Shown piece after piece: positions 22,502 to 32,006 of a stretch of 64,000 nt of DNA. Source of the stretch: Polaromonas sp. (GTDB taxonomy: Bacteria; Pseudomonadota; Gammaproteobacteria; Burkholderiales; Burkholderiaceae_C); the NCBI RefSeq assembly GCF_029945685.1, contig NZ_JAQSDA010000020.1, positions 238,044-302,043 of the forward strand. Direction: 5' to 3'. How positions within the stretch are numbered: the first letter of the stretch is position 1; each line of letters begins with the position of its first letter. The position numbers and the translations under genes are program-made. The notes beneath the pieces are model-generated. The model did not search any database. It saw only the letters and a list, made by a program, of their open reading frames with translations, and was not told the origin of the DNA.

Positions 22502-24700
22502 TTAGCGCCGGGGTTTCTTGCTCTGCTTGCGCCCGGCGCTGGAAGCAGATTTCTTGACCGCCGCCTTCAGCGCCTGGATCGGCGACTTGGCAGTGCGGCC
22601 GCCCGCCGCACTGCCCTCGCGCGCGCCGGCGCGCTGCTCGGTGCCCTTGCCCGCGCGTTTGTCGTCACGCTTGCCACCGCGTTGCTCGCTGGCCTTGCGC
22701 GGCAGTGCACGTTCCTGCTCGGGCAGGTCGGAGGTGCGGCCGCCGGCCTTGTCTTTCATGGCGCGGGTCAGCAGCTCTTCGCCCTCGCGCACCAGCCGGA
22801 AGTCGATCTTGCGGCCGTCGAGATCGACCCGGCTGACCTGGACACGCACCCGGGTGCCGATGGCGTAGCGGATGCCGGTGCGTTCGCCGCGCAGCTCCTG
22901 GCGGGCCTCGTCAAAGCGAAAATACTCGCCACCCAGTTCGGTGATGTGCACCAGGCCCTCGACATACATCGCATCGAGCGTGACAAAAATGCCAAAGCTG
23001 GTGGCCGCCGTAACGACGCCGCCGAACTCCTCGCCCAGGTGCTCGCGCATGTATTTGCACTTGAGCCAGGCTTCCACGTCGCGGCTGGCTTCGTCGGCAC
23101 GGCGTTCGTTGGCGCTGCAATGCAGGCCGGCCGCCTGCCAGGCGAGCTGGTCAGCGGTTGGTTTTTTGGGTTTCTGGTCCGGCTCGGTGACGCGCGAGGC
23201 CAGCCGTTTCGACAGCTTGGCCTCGGCCTCGCCAGGGGTGGGCAACACCGGCAGCTGATACCTGGACTTGGTCAGCACCGCCTTGATGACGCGGTGCACC
23301 AGCAGGTCCGGGTAGCGGCGGATCGGGCTGGTGAAGTGCGTGTAGGCCTCGTAGGCCAGGCCGAAGTGACCGGCGTTCATGGGGGTGTAGATCGCCTGCT
23401 GCATGGAGCGCAGCAGCATGGAATGGATCTGCATCGCGTCGGGCCTGTCCTTGGTCGCCATGGCAATCTTCTGGAACTCGCCCGGCGCGGGGTTCTCCGT
23501 GATCGTCATGCCGATGCCCAGGGCCTTCAGGTAGGTGCGCAGGATGTCCTTCTTCTCGGGTGTCGGGCCTTCGTGCACGCGAAACAGGCCTTCGTGTTTG
23601 CTGCCGGAGATGAAGTCCGCCGAACAGACGTTGGCCGCCAGCATGGCCTCTTCGATGATGCGGTGGGCGACGTTGCGGGTGCGCGGCACGATTTTCTCGA
23701 TGCGCCCGGCCTCGTCGCAGACGATCTGGGTCTCGGTGGTTTCAAAGTCCACCGCGCCGCGCACGCCGCGCTCCTTGAGCAGCGCCTGGTAGACGTCATG
23801 CAGGTCCAGCAGGTGCGGCACCAGCGCCTTGCGCTGCGCCGCTTCCGGGCCCCGCGTGTTGGCCAGGATGGCGGCGACTTCGGTGTAGGTGAAACGCGCG
23901 TGGCTGAACATCACGGCCGGGTAGAACTGGTAGGCGTGGACTTCACCCTTGGCGTTGACCAGCATGTCGCAGACCATGCACAGGCGTTCGACGTTCGGGT
24001 TCAGCGAACACAGGCCGTTGGAGAGTTTCTCCGGCAGCATGGGGATCACGCGGCGCGGAAAATAAACGCTGGTCGCACGGTCGTAGGCGTCGATATCGAT
24101 CGCACTGCCGGTTTCGACATAGTGGCTCACGTCGGCAATCGCGACCAGCAGGCGCCAGCCCTTGCCGCGGCCGACCTTGGCCGGCTCGCAATACACGGCG
24201 TCGTCGAAGTCACGCGCGTCTTCACCGTCGATGGTCACCAGCGGAATGTCGGTCAGGTCCACGCGGCCTTTTTTGTCGGCGGGGCGAACGGCGTCCGGCA
24301 GAGTGCGGGCCAAGGCAAGTGCGGCGTCGCTGAACTCATGCGGCACGCCGTATTTGCGCACGGCAATTTCAATTTCCATGCCCGGGTCGTCGATTTCCCC
24401 GAGCACTTCCTTGACGCGGCCCACCGGCTGGCCAAACAGCGCCGGCGGCTCGGTGAGCTGTACCACCACAATCTGCCCGGGCTTGGCCGTGCCGATGGCT
24501 CCCTTGGGGATCAGCACATCCTGGCCGTAACGCTTGTCCTCGGGCGCCACCAGCCAGACACCGCTTTCCTGCAGCAGGCGGCCAATGATGGGGTTGGGGG
24601 ACCGTTCGATGATTTCCGTGACGCGGCCCTCGGGGCGGTTCTTGCGGTCATGCCGCACAATGCGCGCCTTGACGCGGTCCTTGTGCAGCACGGCACGCAT
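22502..24700 (-). CDS. rnr: Ribonuclease R (start uncertain; frame is open upstream to 24865)
   Basis: RNB catalytic domain, S1 domain and a Lys/Arg-rich tail. The first ATG is at 24700, but the conserved cold-shock-domain sequence EGTVSGHRDGHGFVQRDD lies in frame upstream of it (see finding). Confidence 0.9.
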   Translation of the reverse strand: MRAVLHKDRVKARIVRHDRKNRPEGRVTEIIERSPNPIIGRLLQESGVWLVAPEDKRYGQDVLIPKGAIGTAKPGQIVVVQLTEPPALFGQPVGRVKEVLGEIDDPGMEIEIAVRKYGVPHEFSDAALALARTLPDAVRPADKKGRVDLTDIPLVTIDGEDARDFDDAVYCEPAKVGRGKGWRLLVAIADVSHYVETGSAIDIDAYDRATSVYFPRRVIPMLPEKLSNGLCSLNPNVERLCMVCDMLVNAKGEVHAYQFYPAVMFSHARFTYTEVAAILANTRGPEAAQRKALVPHLLDLHDVYQALLKERGVRGAVDFETTETQIVCDEAGRIEKIVPRTRNVAHRIIEEAMLAANVCSADFISGSKHEGLFRVHEGPTPEKKDILRTYLKALGIGMTITENPAPGEFQKIAMATKDRPDAMQIHSMLLRSMQQAIYTPMNAGHFGLAYEAYTHFTSPIRRYPDLLVHRVIKAVLTKSRYQLPVLPTPGEAEAKLSKRLASRVTEPDQKPKKPTADQLAWQAAGLHCSANERRADEASRDVEAWLKCKYMREHLGEEFGGVVTAATSFGIFVTLDAMYVEGLVHITELGGEYFRFDEARQELRGERTGIRYAIGTRVRVQVSRVDLDGRKIDFRLVREGEELLTRAMKDKAGGRTSDLPEQERALPRKASEQRGGKRDDKRAGKGTEQRAGAREGSAAGGRTAKSPIQALKAAVKKSASSAGRKQSKKPRR

Positions 24701-25080
24701 TTCGTTGGGCGGCAGGTAGATGTCGGCTTCGCCGTCATCGCGCTGGACAAAGCCGTGGCCATCGCGATGGCCTGAAACAGTGCCCTCAAATTCGGCGAGC
24801 AGGCCGGCGCCTGGGCCGTTGCTGTGGGTAGTTGTTTTGATAACAGGTCTCTCTTCTTGAGATGATTAATGGGGGAAAGGATTCCGGCATCGGCTTGCTG
24901 CCGGCGGGAAATACATCGTCTTGTCTGTCTTTGTCTGCATGTCAAAAGCCGGCGGCTTGCCGGACCGGGGCGTGAAGTTGCGGCCTCGGCATGGGATGCG
25001 CCTCATGGACCGCACTTCGATTGAAATTTTTTGGAATCCGTACCGGAAAACCGATTTTGCAATGGTACACTGCTGGCTGT

Positions 25081-25165
25081 GCCCGGGTGGCGGAATTGGT
25101 AGACGCGCACGGTTCAGGTCCGTGTATCGCAAGATGTGGAGATTCGAGTTCTCTCCCGGGCACCA
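25081..25165 (+). tRNA. tRNA-Leu (anticodon CAG)
   Basis: 85 nt, GCCCGGG...CCCGGGCACCA. 7-bp acceptor stem, anticodon loop TTCAGGT, long variable arm, encoded CCA. Confidence 0.93.
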
Positions 25166-25194
25166 GATACATAAAATCCAGCAAAAGCTGGTAC

Positions 25195-25228
25195 AAAAAA
25201 GGCCACCGCCAACCCGGTGGCCTTTTTG
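25195..25228. terminator. Bidirectional rho-independent terminator (tRNA-Leu / rimO)
   Basis: AAAAAA-GGCCACCG-ccaacc-CGGTGGCC-TTTTT. Perfect 8-bp GC stem with an A-run and a T-run, located between convergent tRNA-Leu and rimO. Confidence 0.8.
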
Positions 25229-25276
25229 CTTTCCAGGCGCTTTTTCAGCACTTGTGCCAGCCCCTTCCGGACGTCT

Positions 25277-26686
25277 TCAGACCGGCACCGCCACCAGATC
25301 GTGGCCCTGCGTGCCGACAATCCGGGCCCTGGTGAATTCCCCGACCTTGAGCGTCTTGCTGATTTTCTCGGGAGGCAGCAATTTCACGACGCCGTCGATC
25401 TCCGGCGCGTCGGCATAGCTGCGGCCCACGCCGCCCTTTTTACCCATGCCGGGCGCCGAGTCCACCAGCACCTGCATGGTGGCCCCCACACGTTGCTGCA
25501 GCTTCGCTGCCGAGACCGCTTCGGCCACCGCCATGAAACGAGCGCGGCGCTCTTCGCGCACTTCGAGTGGCAGCATGCCCGGAATGTCGTTGGCGGTAGC
25601 GCCTGCCACCGCGCTGTAGGCAAAACAGCCGGCACGGTCAATCTGGGCTTCCTTCATGAAGTCCAGCAGGTGCTCGAACTCGGATTCGGTTTCACCGGGG
25701 AAACCGGCAATGAAGGTGCTGCGAATCACGATCTCGGGGCAGATCTCGCGCCAGCGCCCAATCCGCTCCAGATTTTTCTCGCCGCTGGCCGGCCGCTTCA
25801 TGCGCTTGAGTACATCGGGATGGCTGTGCTGCAGGGGTACGTCCAGGTAGGGCAGCACCTTGCCGGTGGCCATCAGCGGCAGGATCTCATCCACACTTGG
25901 GTACGGGTAGACGTAATGCAGGCGCACCCAGGCGCCGTAGGGCTCGGCAATCTCGCCGAGCGCCTGCACCAGTTCCAGCATGCGGGTCTTGACCGGCTTG
26001 CCATCCCAGAAGCCGGTGCGGTACTTCACGTCCACCCCGTAGGCCGAGGTGTCCTGGCTGATGACGAGCAGCTCACGGACACCGCCCTCAAACAGCGCAC
26101 GCGCCTCATTGAGCACGTCGCCGATCGGCCTCGACACCAGGTCGCCGCGCATCGACGGAATGATGCAGAAGGTGCAGCGGTGGTTGCAGCCTTCGCTGAT
26201 CTTCAGGTAGGCGTAATGCCGCGGCGTGAGCTTGATGCCGGCGATGCCAAAGGCGTTGGGAACCAGGTCCACAAACGGGTCATGCGGCTTGGGCAGGTTC
26301 AGGTGGACCGCGTCCATCACTTCCTGCGTCGCGTGCGGGCCGGTCACGGCCAGTACACTCGGGTGCATCTGGCGCACCAGGTTGCCGCCACCCTCGCCCG
26401 CCTTGGCGCCCAGGCAGCCGGTCACGATGACCCGGCCGTTTTCGGCCAGTGCCTCGCCAATGGTGTCCAGGCTTTCCCGGACGGCATCGTCGATGAAGCC
26501 GCAGGTGTTGACAATCACCAGGTCGGCGCCTTCAAAGGTTTTGGAGGTCTGGTAACCCTCGGCGCTGAGCTGCGTCAGGATCAGCTCGGAGTCGGTCAGG
26601 GCCTTGGGACAGCCGAGGCTGACAAACCCGACGCGCGGCGCGGTGTTCAAGGTGGGGGAAGGTGGGGTAGCTAGGGCTTGGCTCAT
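25277..26686 (-). CDS. rimO: Ribosomal protein S12 methylthiotransferase
   Basis: 469 aa. [16 protein letters not shown], radical-SAM CNHRCTFC motif, TRAM domain. Confidence 0.93.
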   Translation of the reverse strand: MSQALATPPSPTLNTAPRVGFVSLGCPKALTDSELILTQLSAEGYQTSKTFEGADLVIVNTCGFIDDAVRESLDTIGEALAENGRVIVTGCLGAKAGEGGGNLVRQMHPSVLAVTGPHATQEVMDAVHLNLPKPHDPFVDLVPNAFGIAGIKLTPRHYAYLKISEGCNHRCTFCIIPSMRGDLVSRPIGDVLNEARALFEGGVRELLVISQDTSAYGVDVKYRTGFWDGKPVKTRMLELVQALGEIAEPYGAWVRLHYVYPYPSVDEILPLMATGKVLPYLDVPLQHSHPDVLKRMKRPASGEKNLERIGRWREICPEIVIRSTFIAGFPGETESEFEHLLDFMKEAQIDRAGCFAYSAVAGATANDIPGMLPLEVREERRARFMAVAEAVSAAKLQQRVGATMQVLVDSAPGMGKKGGVGRSYADAPEIDGVVKLLPPEKISKTLKVGEFTRARIVGTQGHDLVAVPV

Positions 26687-26749
26687 GCCCTCTATTGTCT
26701 CAGAGCCGGCCCGCTGCGACAGCCGGCGCGCGAAATGGCCTGACCCCGG

Positions 26750-27367
26750 TCAGCGCTTGAGGCCCAGGGCGGCCAGCATCTGCTCGCTTTGTTTTTGCAT
26801 CTGCTCCTGCATTTGCGTGAACACGGTTTTCGACTGCTCGACATAGCTGCCCATCATGCCCTGCATGGTTGGCGACTGGGCATTGACAAACTGCGCCCAC
26901 GCCTCCGGCGTCAGGCCCTTGGACTGCTCGGACATCTTGAGCTGCAGGTCCATGAAGGACTGGACGTTTTTCTCGAGGTAGGAACCCATGAAGCTCTGCA
27001 TCGCATTGCCGTAAAAACGGATGATGTTGGACAACACCGCCTCGGTGAACATGGGCGCGCCGCCGGCTTCCTCTTCCAGAATGATCTGCAGCAGGATGCT
27101 GCGTGTCAGGTCCTCGTTGGTCTTGGCATCGCGCACCACGAAGTCGGTGCTGTCCATGACGAGGTTTTTGACTTCGGCCAGCGTGATGTAGGCTGAAGTA
27201 TCGGTGTCGTAGAGACGGCGATTCGGGTATTTCTTGATGACACGCGGCGAGGCCGCCTTGCCGTTACCGCCCTTGCTGCCCGGTATTTTCCCCGACGTGC
27301 TGCCGACGGGGGGAGCCGGGTCGGTTGACGGGCTCCTGGACTGACTGGTGGGCTTGCTCTTGGGCAC
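26750..27367 (-). CDS. phaR: Polyhydroxyalkanoate synthesis repressor PhaR
   Basis: IKKYPNRRLYDTDTSAYITLAEVKNLV..SILLQIILEEE is colinear with Cupriavidus PhaR. I prefer the GTG at 27367 (AGGAG 8 nt upstream) over the track start at 27406. It has a ~45-aa Ser/Pro/Lys-rich N-terminal extension. Confidence 0.88.
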   Translation of the reverse strand: MPKSKPTSQSRSPSTDPAPPVGSTSGKIPGSKGGNGKAASPRVIKKYPNRRLYDTDTSAYITLAEVKNLVMDSTDFVVRDAKTNEDLTRSILLQIILEEEAGGAPMFTEAVLSNIIRFYGNAMQSFMGSYLEKNVQSFMDLQLKMSEQSKGLTPEAWAQFVNAQSPTMQGMMGSYVEQSKTVFTQMQEQMQKQSEQMLAALGLKR

Positions 27368-27508
27368 TGTGCGAACTCCTGTGAATGACTGCCTGCACCA
27401 ATGCACAGGGTCACCACATTCTAGGAAGTATGCTTACCTGCAATCCCCTTGGTTTACCCTGTGAGCACCGTGGAATGCACAGTTGACAGGAAAACAACTA
27501 AAGGAAAT

Positions 27509-27585
27509 TGGTAGGCGCGATTGGACTCGAACCAACGACCCCCACCATGTCAAGGTGGTGCTCTAACCAGCTGAGCTACGCGCCT
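27509..27585 (-). tRNA. tRNA-Val (anticodon GAC)
   Basis: The reverse complement reads AGGCGCGTAGCTCAGCTGGTTAGAGCACCACCTTGACATGGTGGGGGTCGTTGGTTCGAGTCCAATCGCGCCTACCA. Good cloverleaf, loop TTGACAT. Confidence 0.93.
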
Positions 27586-27662
27586 AAGGACTGTTCGACC
27601 TCGTCATTGTAGCAGGGCAAACCCGGCCTTTTTGCACCCTGGCCGAAATTTTTGCCGACAAA

Positions 27663-29963
27663 TCAACGCCTGCGCGCCGAACGCACGCCACTGACCTCGG
27701 CGACGATCGCAAGCACCTGGTTGAGCCGGCCCGAGTTGGCCACCTCCACCGTGAACGTCATCCAGGCCGTGCCGCCGCGGTTGTCCTTGACCGACGTGGT
27801 CTGCACGCCGATGACGTTCATTTTTTCACGCGCAAACACTTCCGAGATGTCGCGCAGCAGGCCCTGCCGGTCGGCCGCTTCCACGGCCACATCCACCGGG
27901 TACACCGACCCTTCGCTGCTTTTGGGCTGGCTCCACTGCACTTCGATCACCCGGTCGGGGCTGCCGCTGGCCATGTTCCTGAAGTTGCTGCAATCGCTGC
28001 GGTGGATGCTCACGCCCTTGCCCTTGGTGACAAAACCGAGAATCGCATCGGGTGGTGCCGGCTTGCAGCACCTGGCCAGCTGCGTGAGCAGCGAGTCGAT
28101 GCCGACCACCAGCACCCCGCCCTTGCGTGCGCGCTCGGACGACTTGTCATGCTGCCGGGCTTTTTTGGCCAGCACATAGTCGTCCTGCGTGGGCGGCGGC
28201 TCGGGCGGCTTGAGCATGTTCTCGATGGTGCGCAGCGACAGCTCGTCCTTGCCCACCACTTCGAACAAATCTTCGGCGCTTTTAAAACCCAGTTGCGTCG
28301 CCACATCCTCGAGCTTCATCGCGGTCTTGCCCTCGCGCTGCAGCAGTTTTTCCACAGCCTCGCGTCCGCGCGCCACCGTCTGTGCCATGGCCTGGGCATT
28401 GAACCAGGCGCGCACTTTCGAGCGAGCGCGGTGGCTGGCCAGGAAGCCGAGTTCGGGGTTGAGCCAGTCACGCGACGGCCCCCCCTCCTTCGTGGTGACG
28501 ACCTCGACCGTCTGCCCGTTTTGCAGCGGCGTGTTCAGCGGCACCATGGCGCCGTCGATGCGTGCGCCGCGGCAGCGGTGACCCAGGCTGGTGTGCACGC
28601 TGTAGGCAAAGTCGAGTGCTGTCGCACCCTGCGGCAGTTCGACAACGGCCGCGTCCGGCGTCAGGACGTAGATGCGGTCCTCGAACAGGCCCTGGTTGGC
28701 GTCGCGCGCCTTGGCCGCCACCGGCCCCGACAAATCACGTTCCCAGGCCAGCAACTGCCGCAACACGGCAATTTTTGCGTCGTATTCGCTGCTGGCCGAC
28801 ACGCCGCCGTATCCCTTGGTACCCGCTTCCTTGTAAGCCCAATGGGCAGCCACGCCGTGCTCGGCATGGTCGTGCATGGCCTGGGTGCGGATCTGGATCT
28901 CGACCGCCCGCTGCTGTGCGTCGCGCACCACCGTGTGCAGCGACTGGTAGCCGTTGGATTTGGGCTTGGCAATGTAGTCGTCGAATTCGCCCTCAACCGG
29001 CGTGAAATGCGAATGCACAAAACCGAGCGCCGCGTAGCAGCCCTTGACGTCGGCGGCGATCACGCGCAGGGCGCGGATGTCGAACACCTGTTCAAAGTCA
29101 AGGCCCTTGCCACGCATCTTCTTGACGATGCTGTAGATGTGTTTGGGCCGGCCCTGCACCAGCGCGGCAATGCCGTTGCTGTTCAGGTCGCGTTCCAGCT
29201 GGGCGCGCAGCGCCTCCATGAAAACCTCGCGCCCGGCGCGTTTTTCATCGAGCAGGCGGGCAATGCTTTTGTAAGTGTCCGGCTCCAGAAAGCGGAAGGC
29301 CAGGTCTTCCATTTCCCACTTGATCTGCCAGATGCCCAGCCGGTTGGCCAGCGGTGCAAAAACGTTGAGCGACTCGCGCGCCACGGCCAGCGGGCATGGT
29401 TGCCGTATGGCTGCAAAGTGACGCAGCGTCTGCAGGCGGGACGCCAGGCGCAGCATGACGACGCGCAGATCGCGCGAAAACGCCAGCAGCATCTTGCGCA
29501 CGTTTTCAGTTTGCGCCGCCGGGTCTTCCAGCTGCGCCCTGTCGTCGGCGGCGCGGGCCTGCTTCTGCACATGGACGAGCTTGGTGGTCTCCATGGCCAG
29601 GGCGGCGAAGTTGGCACCGAAAGCCTTGGCAATCACCTCCTGCGGCTTGTTCAGGTGCGCGCAGGCGTGAACGAGGTAGGTGGCCGCCTGCATGGCCTCG
29701 GAGCCGCCAATGGCCCTGAGAATGGCCGCGACGGCGTCCGCATGGGCCAGGATGTTTTCACCGGTGTCCAGCGTTTCGCTGGCGATCAGCGGCTCGGCAA
29801 AGGCCCTGGCGCGGGCCAGCGTGTGCGGCTGGTCCGGCAGGCTGTCCGCTGTCGCCGTCACGATGGACGCGTTGGGCAGCGGTGTCATGGGCGCCACGCT
29901 CGGCTGGGCTTTCAAAGGCGATTTGGGCGGGGCGCCAGTCCCGGCCCCGGCATGTTTCGTCAC
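27663..29963 (-). CDS. relA: RelA/SpoT-family (p)ppGpp synthetase, RelA-type
   Basis: 766 aa with GTG start. Synthetase, TGS and ACT regions are present. The N-terminal pseudo-hydrolase lacks the HD..ED motif (reads ..YLVHACAHL..), hence RelA rather than SpoT. Confidence 0.85.
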   Translation of the reverse strand: MTKHAGAGTGAPPKSPLKAQPSVAPMTPLPNASIVTATADSLPDQPHTLARARAFAEPLIASETLDTGENILAHADAVAAILRAIGGSEAMQAATYLVHACAHLNKPQEVIAKAFGANFAALAMETTKLVHVQKQARAADDRAQLEDPAAQTENVRKMLLAFSRDLRVVMLRLASRLQTLRHFAAIRQPCPLAVARESLNVFAPLANRLGIWQIKWEMEDLAFRFLEPDTYKSIARLLDEKRAGREVFMEALRAQLERDLNSNGIAALVQGRPKHIYSIVKKMRGKGLDFEQVFDIRALRVIAADVKGCYAALGFVHSHFTPVEGEFDDYIAKPKSNGYQSLHTVVRDAQQRAVEIQIRTQAMHDHAEHGVAAHWAYKEAGTKGYGGVSASSEYDAKIAVLRQLLAWERDLSGPVAAKARDANQGLFEDRIYVLTPDAAVVELPQGATALDFAYSVHTSLGHRCRGARIDGAMVPLNTPLQNGQTVEVVTTKEGGPSRDWLNPELGFLASHRARSKVRAWFNAQAMAQTVARGREAVEKLLQREGKTAMKLEDVATQLGFKSAEDLFEVVGKDELSLRTIENMLKPPEPPPTQDDYVLAKKARQHDKSSERARKGGVLVVGIDSLLTQLARCCKPAPPDAILGFVTKGKGVSIHRSDCSNFRNMASGSPDRVIEVQWSQPKSSEGSVYPVDVAVEAADRQGLLRDISEVFAREKMNVIGVQTTSVKDNRGGTAWMTFTVEVANSGRLNQVLAIVAEVSGVRSARRR

Positions 29964-29986
29964 AGGCAGCTTTTCAATAAAAAATT

Positions 29987-30886
29987 TCAGACAAGAAGAA
30001 AATCGCCCACCGTGCTGACCTGATCCATCGCCACCAGGGTCGGTGCGTGGCCGACACCTTCAAACTCCACCAGGCGGGCCCGGGGACCGCGCTGCATCAT
30101 GGCCTGCGCCGTGACACGGCTGAGCAAGTCCGATTGTGCGCCGCGCACGACCAGTGTCGGCGCGCGAATGTTGTCAAAAAGTTGCCACAGCAGCGCCTCG
30201 CCTTCGCGCGCCGCCGCTTCGGTCGTCGCCCGGACCGGCTCCGCAATGGCCGGGTCGTAATGCAGCATCACGCGGCCATCGTCTGCACCGGGCACGGGCT
30301 TGACCATGTGGCGCGACAGCGCCAGCCATTGCTCGGGCGTGTGCGGGCCAAAGCTGGTCGAGATCGCCCACATCGCGTCGGCCGCGTGCTGCAGCGAGGC
30401 GAAGTGACCGGCTTTGCCGAGGTAGGCCGCAATACGCGTGATGGCCTGCCACTCAATGGACGGCCCCACATCGTTCAGGACCAGCTTGTGAACAGGCGCT
30501 GGCAAGCTCAGCTCAGGCTGGCCAGCCATGGCCATGCCGATCAGGCCGCCCATGCTGGTGCCGACCCAGTCCAGCATCGTGACCGGCGCTTGCTGGTGCA
30601 GGTGCGCCAGCAGTGCCATCATGTCCGCCGCGTACTGGGGAATCTGGTAACCCATGGGGTCCTGGAGCCAGTCGCTGCGACCGCGGCCCACCACGTCGGG
30701 GCACACGACCCGGACCTCGTCCGACAGGTACTCTGCCAGCACGTCAAAATCCCTGCCCTGGCGCGACAGGCCGTGCACACACAGCACCACATGCGGGTTG
30801 GCCGGATCGCCCCACTCCCAGTACGCCATGCGGTGGCCTCCCGAAACGTCGGGGCACGATACGTAGTTCAGCGTAGGTTCAGTCAT
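29987..30886 (-). CDS. Alpha/beta-fold hydrolase
   Basis: I start it at the ATG at 30886 (MTEPTLNY..). The longer track ORF overlaps bdhA. HGLSRQGRDF and a G-T-S-M-G-G nucleophile elbow are present. Confidence 0.8.
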   Translation of the reverse strand: MTEPTLNYVSCPDVSGGHRMAYWEWGDPANPHVVLCVHGLSRQGRDFDVLAEYLSDEVRVVCPDVVGRGRSDWLQDPMGYQIPQYAADMMALLAHLHQQAPVTMLDWVGTSMGGLIGMAMAGQPELSLPAPVHKLVLNDVGPSIEWQAITRIAAYLGKAGHFASLQHAADAMWAISTSFGPHTPEQWLALSRHMVKPVPGADDGRVMLHYDPAIAEPVRATTEAAAREGEALLWQLFDNIRAPTLVVRGAQSDLLSRVTAQAMMQRGPRARLVEFEGVGHAPTLVAMDQVSTVGDFLLV

Positions 30887-30980
30887 GGCCAGGGAATCCG
30901 GGTTGCAGGCTTGATAATTGCCCGAGCCGCTATTTTTTTCAGCGTCTGACAGGCATCGTAAATCATCCGGAGAAAACTTC

Positions 30981-31763
30981 ATGCTCAAAGGTAAAACTGC
31001 ACTCGTGACCGGCTCCACCAGCGGCATCGGACTGGGGATCGCCAGGGCGCTGGCGGCGCAGGGGGCCAACATCGTGCTCAACGGCTTCGGCGACACTGAA
31101 GGCCCCAAGGCGGAAATTGCAGCGCTGGGCGTGAAGGTGGCCTACCACGGTGCCGACATGAGCAAGCCCGCCGAGATCGAGGCCATGATGACTTTTGCCG
31201 CGGCGCAATTCGGACAGGTGGACATCCTGGTCAACAACGCCGGCATCCAGCATGTGGCAAAAATCGAGAACTTTCCCGTGGAACGCTGGGACGCCGTTCT
31301 GGCGATCAACCTGAGCAGCGCCTTCCATGCCACACGGCTGGCCCTGCCGGCCATGCAGGCCGCCCACGGGGGCAAGGGCTGGGGCCGCATCATCAATGTC
31401 GCCTCGGTGCACGGCCTGGTTGGCTCGGCGGAAAAATCTGCGTATGTGGCGGCCAAACACGGCATCGTCGGCCTGACCAAGGTGACGGCCCTCGAAAACG
31501 CCACCACCGGTGTGACCTGCAACGCCATCTGCCCGGGCTGGGTGCTGACGCCGCTGGTGCAAAAACAGGTGGATGCCAAGGCCGCAGCTGGCGGCATCTC
31601 CAACGAACAGGCCACGCAGCAACTGCTGGGCGAAAAAGAGCCCTCGATGCAATTCACCACGCCCGAGGAACTGGGCGCGCTGGCGGTGTTTTTCTGCTCG
31701 CCGGCCGGCAACAATGTGCGCGGCGTGGCCTGGAACATGGATGGCGGCTGGGCAGCGCAGTAA
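30981..31763 (+). CDS. bdhA: 3-hydroxybutyrate dehydrogenase (SDR)
   Basis: MLKGKTALVTGSTSGIGLGIA, NNAGIQHV, YVAAKHG. GGAGA lies 8 nt upstream of the ATG at 30981. Confidence 0.88.
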   Translation: MLKGKTALVTGSTSGIGLGIARALAAQGANIVLNGFGDTEGPKAEIAALGVKVAYHGADMSKPAEIEAMMTFAAAQFGQVDILVNNAGIQHVAKIENFPVERWDAVLAINLSSAFHATRLALPAMQAAHGGKGWGRIINVASVHGLVGSAEKSAYVAAKHGIVGLTKVTALENATTGVTCNAICPGWVLTPLVQKQVDAKAAAGGISNEQATQQLLGEKEPSMQFTTPEELGALAVFFCSPAGNNVRGVAWNMDGGWAAQ

Positions 31764-31873
31764 AGCGCCGAAACCCCAGAACGCGCCAGGCTGGTGGCTG
31801 ATGCCGCCAGCCATTCATGCGTCAAGAAATATAGCCAAATCGGTCGTCAGCCCTTGCTGATATTGCGCCAGCA

Positions 31874-31890
31874 GCTATTTATTTCATAGC
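31874..31890 (+). repeat. 17-bp RCTMY-N7-ATAGC motif copy
   Basis: GCTATTTATTTCATAGC, intergenic downstream of bdhA. Confidence 0.6.
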
Positions 31891-31965
31891 AAACTTATTC
31901 TGCTCGCAACCATGCAAGCACAGCGGGTGTGGACTGGTCCACCGGGGACATATCGCGCCGGCCAT

Positions 31966-31999
31966 AGAAAAAGCCCCAAGTCGCAAGCGACTTGGGGCT
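31966..31999 (-). terminator. Rho-independent terminator after tRNA-Val(CAC)
   Basis: AGCCCCAAGTCGC/GCGACTTGGGGCT 13-nt complementary arms, followed on the minus strand by TTTT. Confidence 0.7.
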
Positions 32000-32006
32000 T
32001 CAATTC

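Noticed and set aside
22091-24775. 894-aa plus-strand ORF opposite rnr. Similar giant shadow ORFs occur at 5710-7368, 9288-11255, 28002-30023, 40786-42264, 47968-50004, 49941-51734, 51635-53245, 56768-58333 and 59551-61611.
   Set aside because: Each mirrors a strongly conserved gene on the other strand (rnr, lpxA/fabZ, bamA, relA, tyrB-like, korA, korC, MCP, pccB, mcm). Each has H/R/G/A/D-rich composition without domains.
27400-27482. Direct repeat AATGCACAG (27400-27408 and 27474-27482) upstream of phaR as a possible PhaR operator. A TGCACTGCAGCA near-palindrome upstream of phaZ (about 44311-44322) was considered for the same role.
   Set aside because: A 9-mer repeated once is expected by chance in this window. 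Neither matches a PhaR binding consensus that I can state with confidence, so both remain hypotheses only.
27598-27611. Identical 11-mer TCGTCATTGTA (TACAATGACGA on the minus strand) at the putative -10 of tRNA-Val(GAC) and at the isc promoter (38617-38627), hinting at a shared control element.
   Set aside because: By my rough estimate, thousands of chance 11-mer matches are expected between all position pairs in a 64-kb window, so the identity alone is not significant. TACAAT as a -10 remains plausible for each.
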